DNA of 61,844 nucleotides, from the NCBI GenBank assembly GCA_964561495.1, contig CAZLPW010000007.1, positions 1 to 61,844 of the forward strand, in the 5' to 3' direction. The notes under the pieces were generated by a model, which was given only the letters and a program-made list of their open reading frames with translations, did no database searches and was not told the origin of the DNA. The position numbers and the translations under genes are program-made. Origin of the DNA: an uncultured bacterium (GTDB taxonomy: Bacteria > Fidelibacterota > Marinisomatia > Marinisomatales > UBA1611). Positions 18,989 through 27,792 of the stretch are shown piece by piece; positions within the stretch are counted from its first letter, which is position 1; each line of letters starts with the position of its first letter.

Positions 18989-19054
18989 AATTCTGCACTT
19001 AATAATCATCTTTCCAATAATTAATTTATAATCACTAAATAAAATTATTATTTG

Positions 19055-20173
19055 ATGCCAACTAACAAACTTGATAAAAATCAATTAGTAACATATATAA
19101 AAATATTCGGAGTTTTTTTTGCTTTGTATATGTTTCTTGTAGGCATTGGCGGCATGTCGTCTGCTATAAAAAACATGGGCTCTGGCGTGGCAAATGCAAT
19201 TTTAACCACAGCCAGCAATCCTTTGGTCTCTCTTTTTATTGGTATTTTTTCGACCGTTCTTTTTCAAAGTTCATCAACAACAACCTCTCTGATTGTCGGA
19301 ATGGTAAGTAGCGGAGCCCTGGATCTCCCTGGCGCTGTTCCTATGATTATGGGTGCAAACATTGGAACAACAGTAACAAACACATTGGTTTCAATAGGCC
19401 ATATAAACAAAGGTTTAGAATTTCGACGAGCTTTTGCTGCATCAACAGTACATGATTTTTTTAATATTTTTGCTGTTTTTGTTTTATTTCCCATCGAGAT
19501 GGTTTTCCATCCAATATTAAAATGCTCCGAGTGGTTTGGACTTTTAATCTTTGGAAAAATAAAAGGTGTTGATGTTTTACAAGCAAAAAGTCCAATAAAA
19601 ATTGCGGTTAAATATGGATCTAAATTTGTGGAGGGCTTTTCTTTTGATAATAGTATCGTTTTTTTGATTATTAGTGTTATTATTACTTTTGTTTGCCTTG
19701 TTTCACTTGTAAAGCTTTTAAGAAGTCTTGTACTTGAAAAAATAGAGCGTTTTTTTGACAAGTATATTTTTAATACCGCCTTGAAAGCTTTTTCTTTTGG
19801 AATTTTAATAACTATAATGGTTCAGAGTTCATCTATTACAACCTCATTAATAATTCCTCTCGCAGGAGCTGGAATATTAACGCTGAAACAAATTTTTCCT
19901 TTCACTCTAGGTGCTAATATTGGCACAACTATCACTGCCTTGCTAGCCGCAATTACAGGTACTGTCGCTGCTTTAGTTGCTGCATTTAGTCATTTGTTGT
20001 TTAACATATTTGGGATTTTATTAATATATGGAACTCCAGCTCTACGAAAAATCCCTCTCTTTTGTGCCGAAAAAATTGCTGATTTATCTGTAAAAAATAA
20101 ATATGTTCCTCTCGTTTATCTTTTTATAGTTTTCATAGTGATTCCAGCTGCGGTTATTTTTTTAATGAAGTAG
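19055..20173 (+). CDS. Na+/phosphate symporter (PNaS/NptA family)
   Basis: Two QSSS...GANIGTT repeats; AASTVHDFFN motif; multiple transmembrane segments. Confidence 0.93.
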   Translation: MPTNKLDKNQLVTYIKIFGVFFALYMFLVGIGGMSSAIKNMGSGVANAILTTASNPLVSLFIGIFSTVLFQSSSTTTSLIVGMVSSGALDLPGAVPMIMGANIGTTVTNTLVSIGHINKGLEFRRAFAASTVHDFFNIFAVFVLFPIEMVFHPILKCSEWFGLLIFGKIKGVDVLQAKSPIKIAVKYGSKFVEGFSFDNSIVFLIISVIITFVCLVSLVKLLRSLVLEKIERFFDKYIFNTALKAFSFGILITIMVQSSSITTSLIIPLAGAGILTLKQIFPFTLGANIGTTITALLAAITGTVAALVAAFSHLLFNIFGILLIYGTPALRKIPLFCAEKIADLSVKNKYVPLVYLFIVFIVIPAAVIFLMK

Positions 20174-20183
20174 GAGGGTTTAA

Positions 20184-20858
20184 ATGTCTGTTTTTAATGA
20201 TCTAGTAAATATTTGGCAAAAGAATGATTTTCTATCTGAAGCCTGGGATGAATCACATGAAATGATTTTACTCTCAAATAAAATTTTTGTTAAAGCAATT
20301 GATGGACTCCGTTCTGGGGAGAAAACAAAGGCCCTAAAAGAATTAAAAAAAAGAGATAAAGAGATAAACGACTTTCATAGAAATGTTCGCAGAAAAGTTA
20401 TTACTCATTATGCAGTTAGTGGTGATACATTAAATATTGAATCTGGTCTTGTTTTAATAAACCTAGTCGTAGATATTGAAAGAATTGGAGATTATACTAA
20501 AAACATCTTAGATCTTGCTATATTTAGTTCAAAACCCATTGTGTCGGAAGAGGTTTCTGATAGTCTTGGCTTGATTGAAGAGGTTGTTTTATCTCGTTTC
20601 TCTTCAACAATATCCGCATTAGAAAACAGGGACCCCGAAAAAGCTCAGGCTTTATTAAATAGCTACAGAAAAGACCTTGGAAAAGTTTCTGACGCGATTG
20701 TTCACGATATTATTTCTGGTGAGTTTGAAATCAAAAATAATATTTCACCCGCGAGTGTTGCTCTATATGCGAGATATTTAAAAAGAATTGGAGCACATTT
20801 AAAGAATATTACCTCGGTGGTTACAAACCCTTTTGAAATGATTGGCTATAATGTTTAA
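20184..20858 (+). CDS. PhoU-domain protein
   Basis: DKEIND, DIERIGDYTKNI and YLKRIGAHLKNI two-repeat PhoU pattern; AGGAGG ribosome-binding site; directly follows the Na/Pi symporter. Confidence 0.85.
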   Translation: MSVFNDLVNIWQKNDFLSEAWDESHEMILLSNKIFVKAIDGLRSGEKTKALKELKKRDKEINDFHRNVRRKVITHYAVSGDTLNIESGLVLINLVVDIERIGDYTKNILDLAIFSSKPIVSEEVSDSLGLIEEVVLSRFSSTISALENRDPEKAQALLNSYRKDLGKVSDAIVHDIISGEFEIKNNISPASVALYARYLKRIGAHLKNITSVVTNPFEMIGYNV

Positions 20859-20942
20859 GAATTTTTATTATTTTGATAGTAAATATTTTTTTTGTTTATG
20901 TAATTTCCGCGCGATATGTTCAAGCAAAACAAGTAATTTAAA

Positions 20943-22190
20943 ATGATTAGAAAAAAAACAATTCTCTGTTTTTTGACTGCAATTACTTTTTCCCCAAGTT
21001 TGTTGTTTTCATCTGATTATGATCTATCAGTTGATGTGCGCTATCGATTAGAAAATGACAAATCTTCTATGGTCCTTCCAGGAAAACAATCATCAATAAA
21101 TACCCTCAGAAGTAGAATTGGGCTTCGTTTTATAGGTGCAACGGCTTCCGCTCATTTTACATTGCAAGATTCTAGATTGTTTGGTGACTTCAGAAACGGC
21201 TTAATTGAAGCTAAGAACGTTTGGTCATACACATCACTACACCAAGCTTATTTTCATTTTCGTTATAGAAAACAATTAGTTCAGCTTGGACGTTTTGAGC
21301 TTCCTCTTGGTAAACAACGCCTTATGGGTCGTTCGGGATGGAGCCTTTATGGTCGATCGTACGAGGGACTTTTAATTAAAAGCAAACATAGAATAGGTGA
21401 GCTTCAGATGTTCACACTATCTGTATTGGAATACCAATCTTATTTAAAAAATCAACACCTATCTGGATTGCCTTCTTCACAGGATATTGATAATCCAACT
21501 TTACATAATGATCAATTAGATACTGGAATCAGGGGTGCTTATTTTTCTATGAAAATGAAAAACAGAAATATTCCAGCGTTGGAACTTTACACGTTAGACT
21601 TTAGAACCCTAAGCCTAGACACATTATCTATTGCCGCTGCGCACCACACCTATACCATTGGATTACGTTCAGAGGCTTTGTATAATTCTTTTTCTTTCGA
21701 AGGAGAAACCGCACTACAAACAGGAGACAATATTTTTGCCTCCCTTCTTTCATTAAACTTTAAATACGAAACCGATATTTTTTATTGGTTAAAAGATATT
21801 GGACTTGGAATCGAATATATTTCTGGTGATGATACTACAACCTCTGAAAAGTCTGAAGGTTTTTCAAAGCTTTTTGGTTCTTCTCATCGGTATCATGGCT
21901 TCTATGACTACAGCACCAACTCTGCTTTTAAAGACAACATCCACGATGGTCTAATAGAATTCAATTTAAAGGCAAACATTGATTTTTTTAGAGAATCTGA
22001 TATGCTAGTCTCTTTTCATTCTTTTACTGGGCAAGGCTCAGGAAATACAATAGGCCAAGAAATTGATATCACTCTTAATAAAAAAGTATCAAGCGAATTA
22101 TGGTTTAACCAAGGGTTGGCTTTATATATGCCTGCTGAAGAAAAAAACCCTCTTTTGTTTTTGCATTTTTCAGTTAGCGCAAAACTATAA
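20943..22190 (+). CDS. Alginate-export-family outer-membrane beta-barrel/porin
   Basis: Signal peptide; VRYRLE, LQDSRLFG, LHQAYF, QLGR, YISGDD, H-x-Y-H-G and IGQEID motifs. Confidence 0.7.
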   Translation: MIRKKTILCFLTAITFSPSLLFSSDYDLSVDVRYRLENDKSSMVLPGKQSSINTLRSRIGLRFIGATASAHFTLQDSRLFGDFRNGLIEAKNVWSYTSLHQAYFHFRYRKQLVQLGRFELPLGKQRLMGRSGWSLYGRSYEGLLIKSKHRIGELQMFTLSVLEYQSYLKNQHLSGLPSSQDIDNPTLHNDQLDTGIRGAYFSMKMKNRNIPALELYTLDFRTLSLDTLSIAAAHHTYTIGLRSEALYNSFSFEGETALQTGDNIFASLLSLNFKYETDIFYWLKDIGLGIEYISGDDTTTSEKSEGFSKLFGSSHRYHGFYDYSTNSAFKDNIHDGLIEFNLKANIDFFRESDMLVSFHSFTGQGSGNTIGQEIDITLNKKVSSELWFNQGLALYMPAEEKNPLLFLHFSVSAKL

Positions 22191-22200
22191 AATTACAAGC

Positions 22201-22518
22201 TTAATATCTTTTCATAGTTGGGTCTATTTCTATAGCCCACGCATCAATTCCGCCATTTAAGTTAATTGCATTATATCCATTCTGATTTAAAAATAAACAT
22301 ACTTGCATAGATCGAACTCCTGAGTGACACATTACTATAATATCTTTTTTCTTGTTTAATTCATTGAGCCTTTTTGGAATAGACATCATAGGAATATGAA
22401 TTGCCTGATCTAATTTACAAAAATTTATTTCATTGGATTCCCTTACATCCAACAACTCAAAATCTTTAGAATGAGAATCAAAAAGCCCTTTTAATTCTTT
22501 TACATTTATTGTTTCCAT
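22201..22518 (-). CDS. Single-domain rhodanese/sulfurtransferase
   Basis: LLDVRE, CHSGVRS and NLNGGIDAW motifs. Confidence 0.9.
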   Translation of the reverse strand: METINVKELKGLFDSHSKDFELLDVRESNEINFCKLDQAIHIPMMSIPKRLNELNKKKDIIVMCHSGVRSMQVCLFLNQNGYNAINLNGGIDAWAIEIDPTMKRY

Positions 22519-23300
22519 TTTTTTATTATCTGTGGGTTATCTGTTATAACACTCGAAATATTGTTTTTATGACACCACTCTACTGCGTCAATTGAGTTTA
22601 TGGTCCATGTGTTTATTTCTAGATTGTGTTTTTTACATTTATTTATAATTTTTTGATTAATTATAAGACCATCTGGGTGTAAAAAATCTGGATGAATAAT
22701 ATTCATCAGCCATAACCACTTGTGGTTTTCAACCAAATAACCGATAAGAACCTGTCTGTGAAATGCTTTAAAATAAGCAACAATTAATGGATTAAAAGTT
22801 GAAACCACGAACGGTTGATCAATTATTTTTTTTTTTGCTAATTCAGCTATTACTCTTGCTGTTGAAAAATCAAAAATATTTTTGTATTTAATCTCAATAT
22901 TTAAAAAAGTTTGTTTAGGTAAAACTTCCAAAACATCGATTAGCCTAGGGATTTTTTGACAACTTTTCGGATGCGATTTAATACCAGTTTGAAATTTTTT
23001 TATTTGGCTATAGTCTAAATCAAACAACCATCCCGTACCATCAGTTTCTTTTTCTAAATCATAATTATGGGAACAAACAACCGTACCATCCTTTAAAGAA
23101 CAAACATCGATTTCGAGTCCATTAAAACCCAAATTTATAGCATCCTGATAAGAAGCAAGTGTGTTTTCAGGAAAATTGATTTTTACCCCTCTGTGGGCAA
23201 AGTATTTGGGGAGATTTACAGTTTTTTTCCTTGCTTCCCAATAAAAAGTGTGGCCTACAATTAAAAGAATAAAAACCGCCAGAACAAAATAAAAAATCAC
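22506..23300 (-). CDS. Glycerophosphodiester phosphodiesterase family protein with N-terminal membrane anchor
   Basis: AHRG, PENTL, GLEIDV, HNY, NIEIK, WTIN and ITDNP motifs. Confidence 0.9.
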   Translation of the reverse strand: MIFYFVLAVFILLIVGHTFYWEARKKTVNLPKYFAHRGVKINFPENTLASYQDAINLGFNGLEIDVCSLKDGTVVCSHNYDLEKETDGTGWLFDLDYSQIKKFQTGIKSHPKSCQKIPRLIDVLEVLPKQTFLNIEIKYKNIFDFSTARVIAELAKKKIIDQPFVVSTFNPLIVAYFKAFHRQVLIGYLVENHKWLWLMNIIHPDFLHPDGLIINQKIINKCKKHNLEINTWTINSIDAVEWCHKNNISSVITDNPQIIKKWKQ

Positions 23301-25732
23301 GATTCTGGTGTAAGGATTAAATGTTTAAACTCCGTGCTAGATCGAATATACTTTTCATTAAACCTAGTTGTTCTATATTGTCCACTGTGGAACATCTCTG
23401 CTTGATCTCGGTAGTGAGGACTATCTGGTAATCCCGATTGTCCTGTTGGTATAATACACTGGGTCTCATTCATGTTTGACAAATCAACTATTCTTCTCAT
23501 TGATGCCCCAGCTTTTTGTTTAAAAGGATCATTGTAAGAGTAACCACCAGCGTTTGGGCTCTTAGCTGAACCACCAGAGCGAAAGGGTCCAACATTTAAG
23601 GAAAACAATTTTTCTAAAATTGATACTTTTGATAACAAGTGTTTGTGCGTCAAGGAATGAGCGTCACCCCATTTCCAGTTTGAAGTGTTTGGACCATACT
23701 TTTCTTCGATATCTTTAACACCTTTAATAACAGCCTCTCGAAGAATGTCTGATATTATTTCAAATTTTTCTTTGGTATATATATTATCAATCCAAGAAGA
23801 GGCTCCTGTTTTTAATATTTCTCTAAGGTTTCTACTATGTAGATATTTCAAGCTCATGAAGCTGTCAATATAATTTTGTCCCAAAAGACCCAGTTCATCA
23901 CCATAAATACCAAGAACAAGGCTTCTGACAATTGAATGAAAAACGAGGGCGGCTTCAGAATCTACCGACTCTACTCCATCCCAGTTCTTTAAAAACGTGT
24001 AAGCCCTTTTTAAATTCCCTTTCTCATTTCCAATTTCAGTCATTAAAATATGTGGCAGAACTTCAATTGCAAACCTTGATGTGTAGTCTAATTGGATAGA
24101 CTTCATCTGTTCCATTGTTATGTTTTCCATTGTATCTAAACGCGAAACGATCTGATCGGCACGACTCGGATCAGCCCATAGATTGGATATATAATATGGA
24201 AACTTATTCCCAATTGTTTTATTGTTTGCGGTTGCAATGTAGCCTTTTGACGGATTAAACAAATAGGGCATTTCATCAAAGGGAACTTTCCCTTTCCAAT
24301 CATTAAGTGTTATAGTTCCATCTCTAGGAATAAACAAATCAGCATTACGTCGCACAGGAATATAAACCGCTGGCCGCCATCCAATGTTTCCATCAATATC
24401 CGCATAAATAATATTCTGACCAGGAACGCCAAACTGTTTTATAGCTTTGGTGAAGTCTTTCCAGTTTTTCATTGAATTAAGGCCAATGAATGCATCCATT
24501 TCATTTGTTTTCCAGTGACCAGTCCACTCCATAGACATTACAACCTTTTTATTTTTTAATAACGGGTGAAGATCGCTTATAATTGGGCCATGTCTTGTTT
24601 CTCTTATTATGATCGTTGTATCTTGTTCGCCTTTAATTTTTATTGTTTCTGATCTTCTACTCATTTGCTTCCATTTTTTATCAGATAAATATTGGTTTGG
24701 GTTTTTCGGGTTTAATTCTTCAATAAAAAAATCTAGGTCATCGGTCATAACATTTGTAAAGCCCCATGCACACCTTTCTGTTTGACCTAAAATAGGAACA
24801 GGAATACCAGCAATACATAACCCACTAGTATTAAAACCTCCTCCTTTAAGATGCATTTCATACCACCTTGTCGGTTGTCTAAAAGCAAGGTGAGGGTCAT
24901 TAGCTAAAATAGGTTTTCCAGTCTTTGTTTTGCTGCCTGATACAACCCAGCTATTTGAACCTATATCCGATGAAGGCTGTCCAAAAATTTGTCTATTAAA
25001 CTTTTCATAGTCTAAGACTACATCATACATGGGCTTTAATAATTTAAAGTCTTCTCTCGCAATCGTTGGTTTTTGACGGTCATATTCAGGAATAATTTCT
25101 TCAAGCTTTTCTCTGCCAAAATAGGATGCGATTGCCCCGTATAACACTTCTTGTTCCCATGATGATTGTAATTCCCAAGCCATCATCCGTGCGTACCCAG
25201 TGACCACAGTTGGATCCCAATATGGAGGATCAAACCCCAACACTTTAAACTCAAATGGTGGGTCTGCTTTTATCTCTTCAATTCTGGCATTAATCCCAGC
25301 ACAAAACATTAATAAAATTTCAATTGTATCATCACTAAGGTTTTGAGAAAGTTTTTTTGCAGTTTCGTTTATCCTCCACGTGCGAAAATATATATCATTC
25401 TTCAAAAAGTCTCTTCCAAGAACAGACGCAAGTTCTCCTCTGACTGCTAAGGCAACCATTGACATTTGAAAAAGCCTTTCCCTTGCTGCTAAATACCCCG
25501 CAGCATAAAACAAATCTTTGGAATTTTTTGCAAAAATATGTGGAACTGCCCACTGGTCAAAGTAAACATCCACAGGGCTTTTCAAGCCTTGTATCCTTAT
25601 CTCTCCTTCATATTTAGGTTCTGGATGCTGAAACCATATATAAAAATATATTAGTAAAACAGAAAATATAGCCGTAGAAATAAAAATTGTTTTTTTCTTA
25701 TTCAGTTTTATTGCTTTTTTAGTTTTTTTCAA
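23297..25732 (-). CDS. Penicillin acylase/AHL-acylase family Ntn-hydrolase (S45)
   Basis: DQWAVPHIFA, RLFQM, GSNSWVV (beta-chain Ser), ANDPHL, TRHGPI and PTGQSG motifs; start uncertain (25786, 25732 or later). Confidence 0.9.
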   Translation of the reverse strand: MKKTKKAIKLNKKKTIFISTAIFSVLLIYFYIWFQHPEPKYEGEIRIQGLKSPVDVYFDQWAVPHIFAKNSKDLFYAAGYLAARERLFQMSMVALAVRGELASVLGRDFLKNDIYFRTWRINETAKKLSQNLSDDTIEILLMFCAGINARIEEIKADPPFEFKVLGFDPPYWDPTVVTGYARMMAWELQSSWEQEVLYGAIASYFGREKLEEIIPEYDRQKPTIAREDFKLLKPMYDVVLDYEKFNRQIFGQPSSDIGSNSWVVSGSKTKTGKPILANDPHLAFRQPTRWYEMHLKGGGFNTSGLCIAGIPVPILGQTERCAWGFTNVMTDDLDFFIEELNPKNPNQYLSDKKWKQMSRRSETIKIKGEQDTTIIIRETRHGPIISDLHPLLKNKKVVMSMEWTGHWKTNEMDAFIGLNSMKNWKDFTKAIKQFGVPGQNIIYADIDGNIGWRPAVYIPVRRNADLFIPRDGTITLNDWKGKVPFDEMPYLFNPSKGYIATANNKTIGNKFPYYISNLWADPSRADQIVSRLDTMENITMEQMKSIQLDYTSRFAIEVLPHILMTEIGNEKGNLKRAYTFLKNWDGVESVDSEAALVFHSIVRSLVLGIYGDELGLLGQNYIDSFMSLKYLHSRNLREILKTGASSWIDNIYTKEKFEIISDILREAVIKGVKDIEEKYGPNTSNWKWGDAHSLTHKHLLSKVSILEKLFSLNVGPFRSGGSAKSPNAGGYSYNDPFKQKAGASMRRIVDLSNMNETQCIIPTGQSGLPDSPHYRDQAEMFHSGQYRTTRFNEKYIRSSTEFKHLILTPES

Positions 25733-27341
25733 TTCTATCAAAGTTTTTATTGTTAAACAAAAGCCATTTTTGAGGATCAATTTCAAGAACAGACCCTGAT
25801 GGAATAGAGATACCCGTAGGCTTATCTCCTATGTTAATCTGTATTTTTTCTTGTGCGTATGTTCCTTTATATCGAACCTCAACAGGCAAAGGAAACATCG
25901 ATTCAGCCCACCATAGCTCTACAAATTGTTTTTCCCCGTTTTTATAAGATCTAGACTTAGAGTACAAAGTAGGAAGCTTCTCAGAAAAAACAAATTGATT
26001 AAAAAACCAACTAAGTTCCATATTAGAATTGTTTTCCAAATATTTAATAAACTCTTTTGTACTTGTCTGGTTGTTGCTTGGTTTTGGTGTATATAGATAT
26101 TCTTTAAGCGTTTGTAATAAAACATCGTATCCAACAAGATAGCGCAACATATGTAAAACATATGCTCCTTTATAATAAAACTCTGTTCCTTTTATTTGAT
26201 CGGTCGTGGCGTGTCTATTTGGTACAAGTGGTTTATCATTTCGAATGTTTTTTCGACATGTGTTTTCCATAAAAGCGTGGTACGCTCCTACACCAAAATT
26301 TTGTTCTATGTATAATGCCTCAGCGTAGGTGGCGAAACCCTCGGGGATCCAAAAATCGGACCAATCTGAAATACTTAAAAAATTTCCCCACCATTCGTGC
26401 CCCATTTCATGAAACAACAACCCATCATAGCCCATTTTGGTTTCTTTGTATTTGTTTCCATATGCAATAATTGTTTGATGCTCCATTCCAAGATAGGGGG
26501 TTTCTACTAAACCAAATTTTTCATTTAACCACGGATACGACCCGAAAATATTTGAATAAAAATCTAAATATTTTTCAGCTTTATTTAACAACTCCTCTGC
26601 TCCATAGCGAGACTCTGGCAACACGTAATATTCCATATAAACTTTTTCATTTTTAACAAAAGATCTTCTTGTAATTATATCGAAGTTTCCAATCGTAAAG
26701 TTAATATTATATGTGCTTATTGGGTTTTTTGTTTTCCAGTGCCAGGTCTCTCTTCTCCCTTTTTCTTTTTTTATTCCTTCTAACAACCCATTACTTGCCA
26801 CCTTCAAAGGCTCTGGTACCGTGATAAAAACATCTGCACTATCGGGTTTATCACTTGGGTGTTCTTTGCACGGGAACCAAATGTGTGCTCCTTCGTGCTG
26901 GCAAGATAGCCCAACCCAAGGATAGCCGTCTTCGCTTTTTGACCATGTGATTCCTCCTTCCCATGGGGGGTTTTTTGCAACTGGTGGAACCCCTTTATAA
27001 GTTAGTTTTAAGTTATATACAACATTAACACTCAGATCTTTTTTGTCAATGATTATTTTATTTCCTCTTTTGGAAAAAGCCATTGGCATTTCATCAATTA
27101 AAGCATTGGAAACTCTGTACGTTTTCAACAGATCAATTTCTAATTTTTTTACTTTTTTTTTCAAAGAAAATTTAATTCCCACAGTCCCCGCTATTGTTTT
27201 TTTATATGGGTCTATTTCTACTCTTATATCATAATGATGAACATCCATAGCCCTTTGCGTTTTGGAAAGATTGCCACCAGAACTAATTGGACGGCAAATA
27301 GAGAAACAAAAAAAAACAAAAACCAGTCGACCTAATATCAT
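25719..27341 (-). CDS. M1-family zinc aminopeptidase, exported
   Basis: WFPC, GMEHQ, HEMGHEWWGN...EGFATY (HExxH-x18-E) and YYKGA motifs. Confidence 0.92.
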   Translation of the reverse strand: MILGRLVFVFFCFSICRPISSGGNLSKTQRAMDVHHYDIRVEIDPYKKTIAGTVGIKFSLKKKVKKLEIDLLKTYRVSNALIDEMPMAFSKRGNKIIIDKKDLSVNVVYNLKLTYKGVPPVAKNPPWEGGITWSKSEDGYPWVGLSCQHEGAHIWFPCKEHPSDKPDSADVFITVPEPLKVASNGLLEGIKKEKGRRETWHWKTKNPISTYNINFTIGNFDIITRRSFVKNEKVYMEYYVLPESRYGAEELLNKAEKYLDFYSNIFGSYPWLNEKFGLVETPYLGMEHQTIIAYGNKYKETKMGYDGLLFHEMGHEWWGNFLSISDWSDFWIPEGFATYAEALYIEQNFGVGAYHAFMENTCRKNIRNDKPLVPNRHATTDQIKGTEFYYKGAYVLHMLRYLVGYDVLLQTLKEYLYTPKPSNNQTSTKEFIKYLENNSNMELSWFFNQFVFSEKLPTLYSKSRSYKNGEKQFVELWWAESMFPLPVEVRYKGTYAQEKIQINIGDKPTGISIPSGSVLEIDPQKWLLFNNKNFDRIEKN

Positions 27342-27790
27342 TTTACAACTTTATACTGATACTGATATATTCCTAAATCTTGATCAACAATATTTATTTT
27401 TATAAAATCTAATTTCATTTCTTTTGTTTTCTCAGAAAACAGTGGAACACCCGATCCAAACACATATGGATGCGGGGTTACAAACAAGTGTGTTATAAAG
27501 GATGAATAATTAGAGAACGTTCTTCCTCCTCCTATAATATAACATTTGTCTTGATTTATTTTAGATAAGATTTTAGCTGGCTTGTCATTTCTATGAACGA
27601 CAAAAAGTTTTCTACCTGAAAGTTCTTTTTTTAAGGTTTTATACGTGTTGCTTCCAACAACTAAAGAACACCCCATTGTTTGTTCTTTAAAAATGTGTAA
27701 ATCTTTGGACCATTTTGTTATTTCTTTGCTGTGTCTTGCTATATAACCATCAACAGTAACAGCAGCAATTAAAATAATTTTTTTTGGCAT
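27338..27790 (-). CDS. Dihydrofolate reductase family protein
   Basis: IAAVTVDGYIA, WSKDL..FK..T, VGSNTY, IIGGG and GSGVPLF motifs (DHFR/RibD C-terminal fold). Confidence 0.8.
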   Translation of the reverse strand: MPKKIILIAAVTVDGYIARHSKEITKWSKDLHIFKEQTMGCSLVVGSNTYKTLKKELSGRKLFVVHRNDKPAKILSKINQDKCYIIGGGRTFSNYSSFITHLFVTPHPYVFGSGVPLFSEKTKEMKLDFIKINIVDQDLGIYQYQYKVVK

Positions 27791-27792
27791 TC

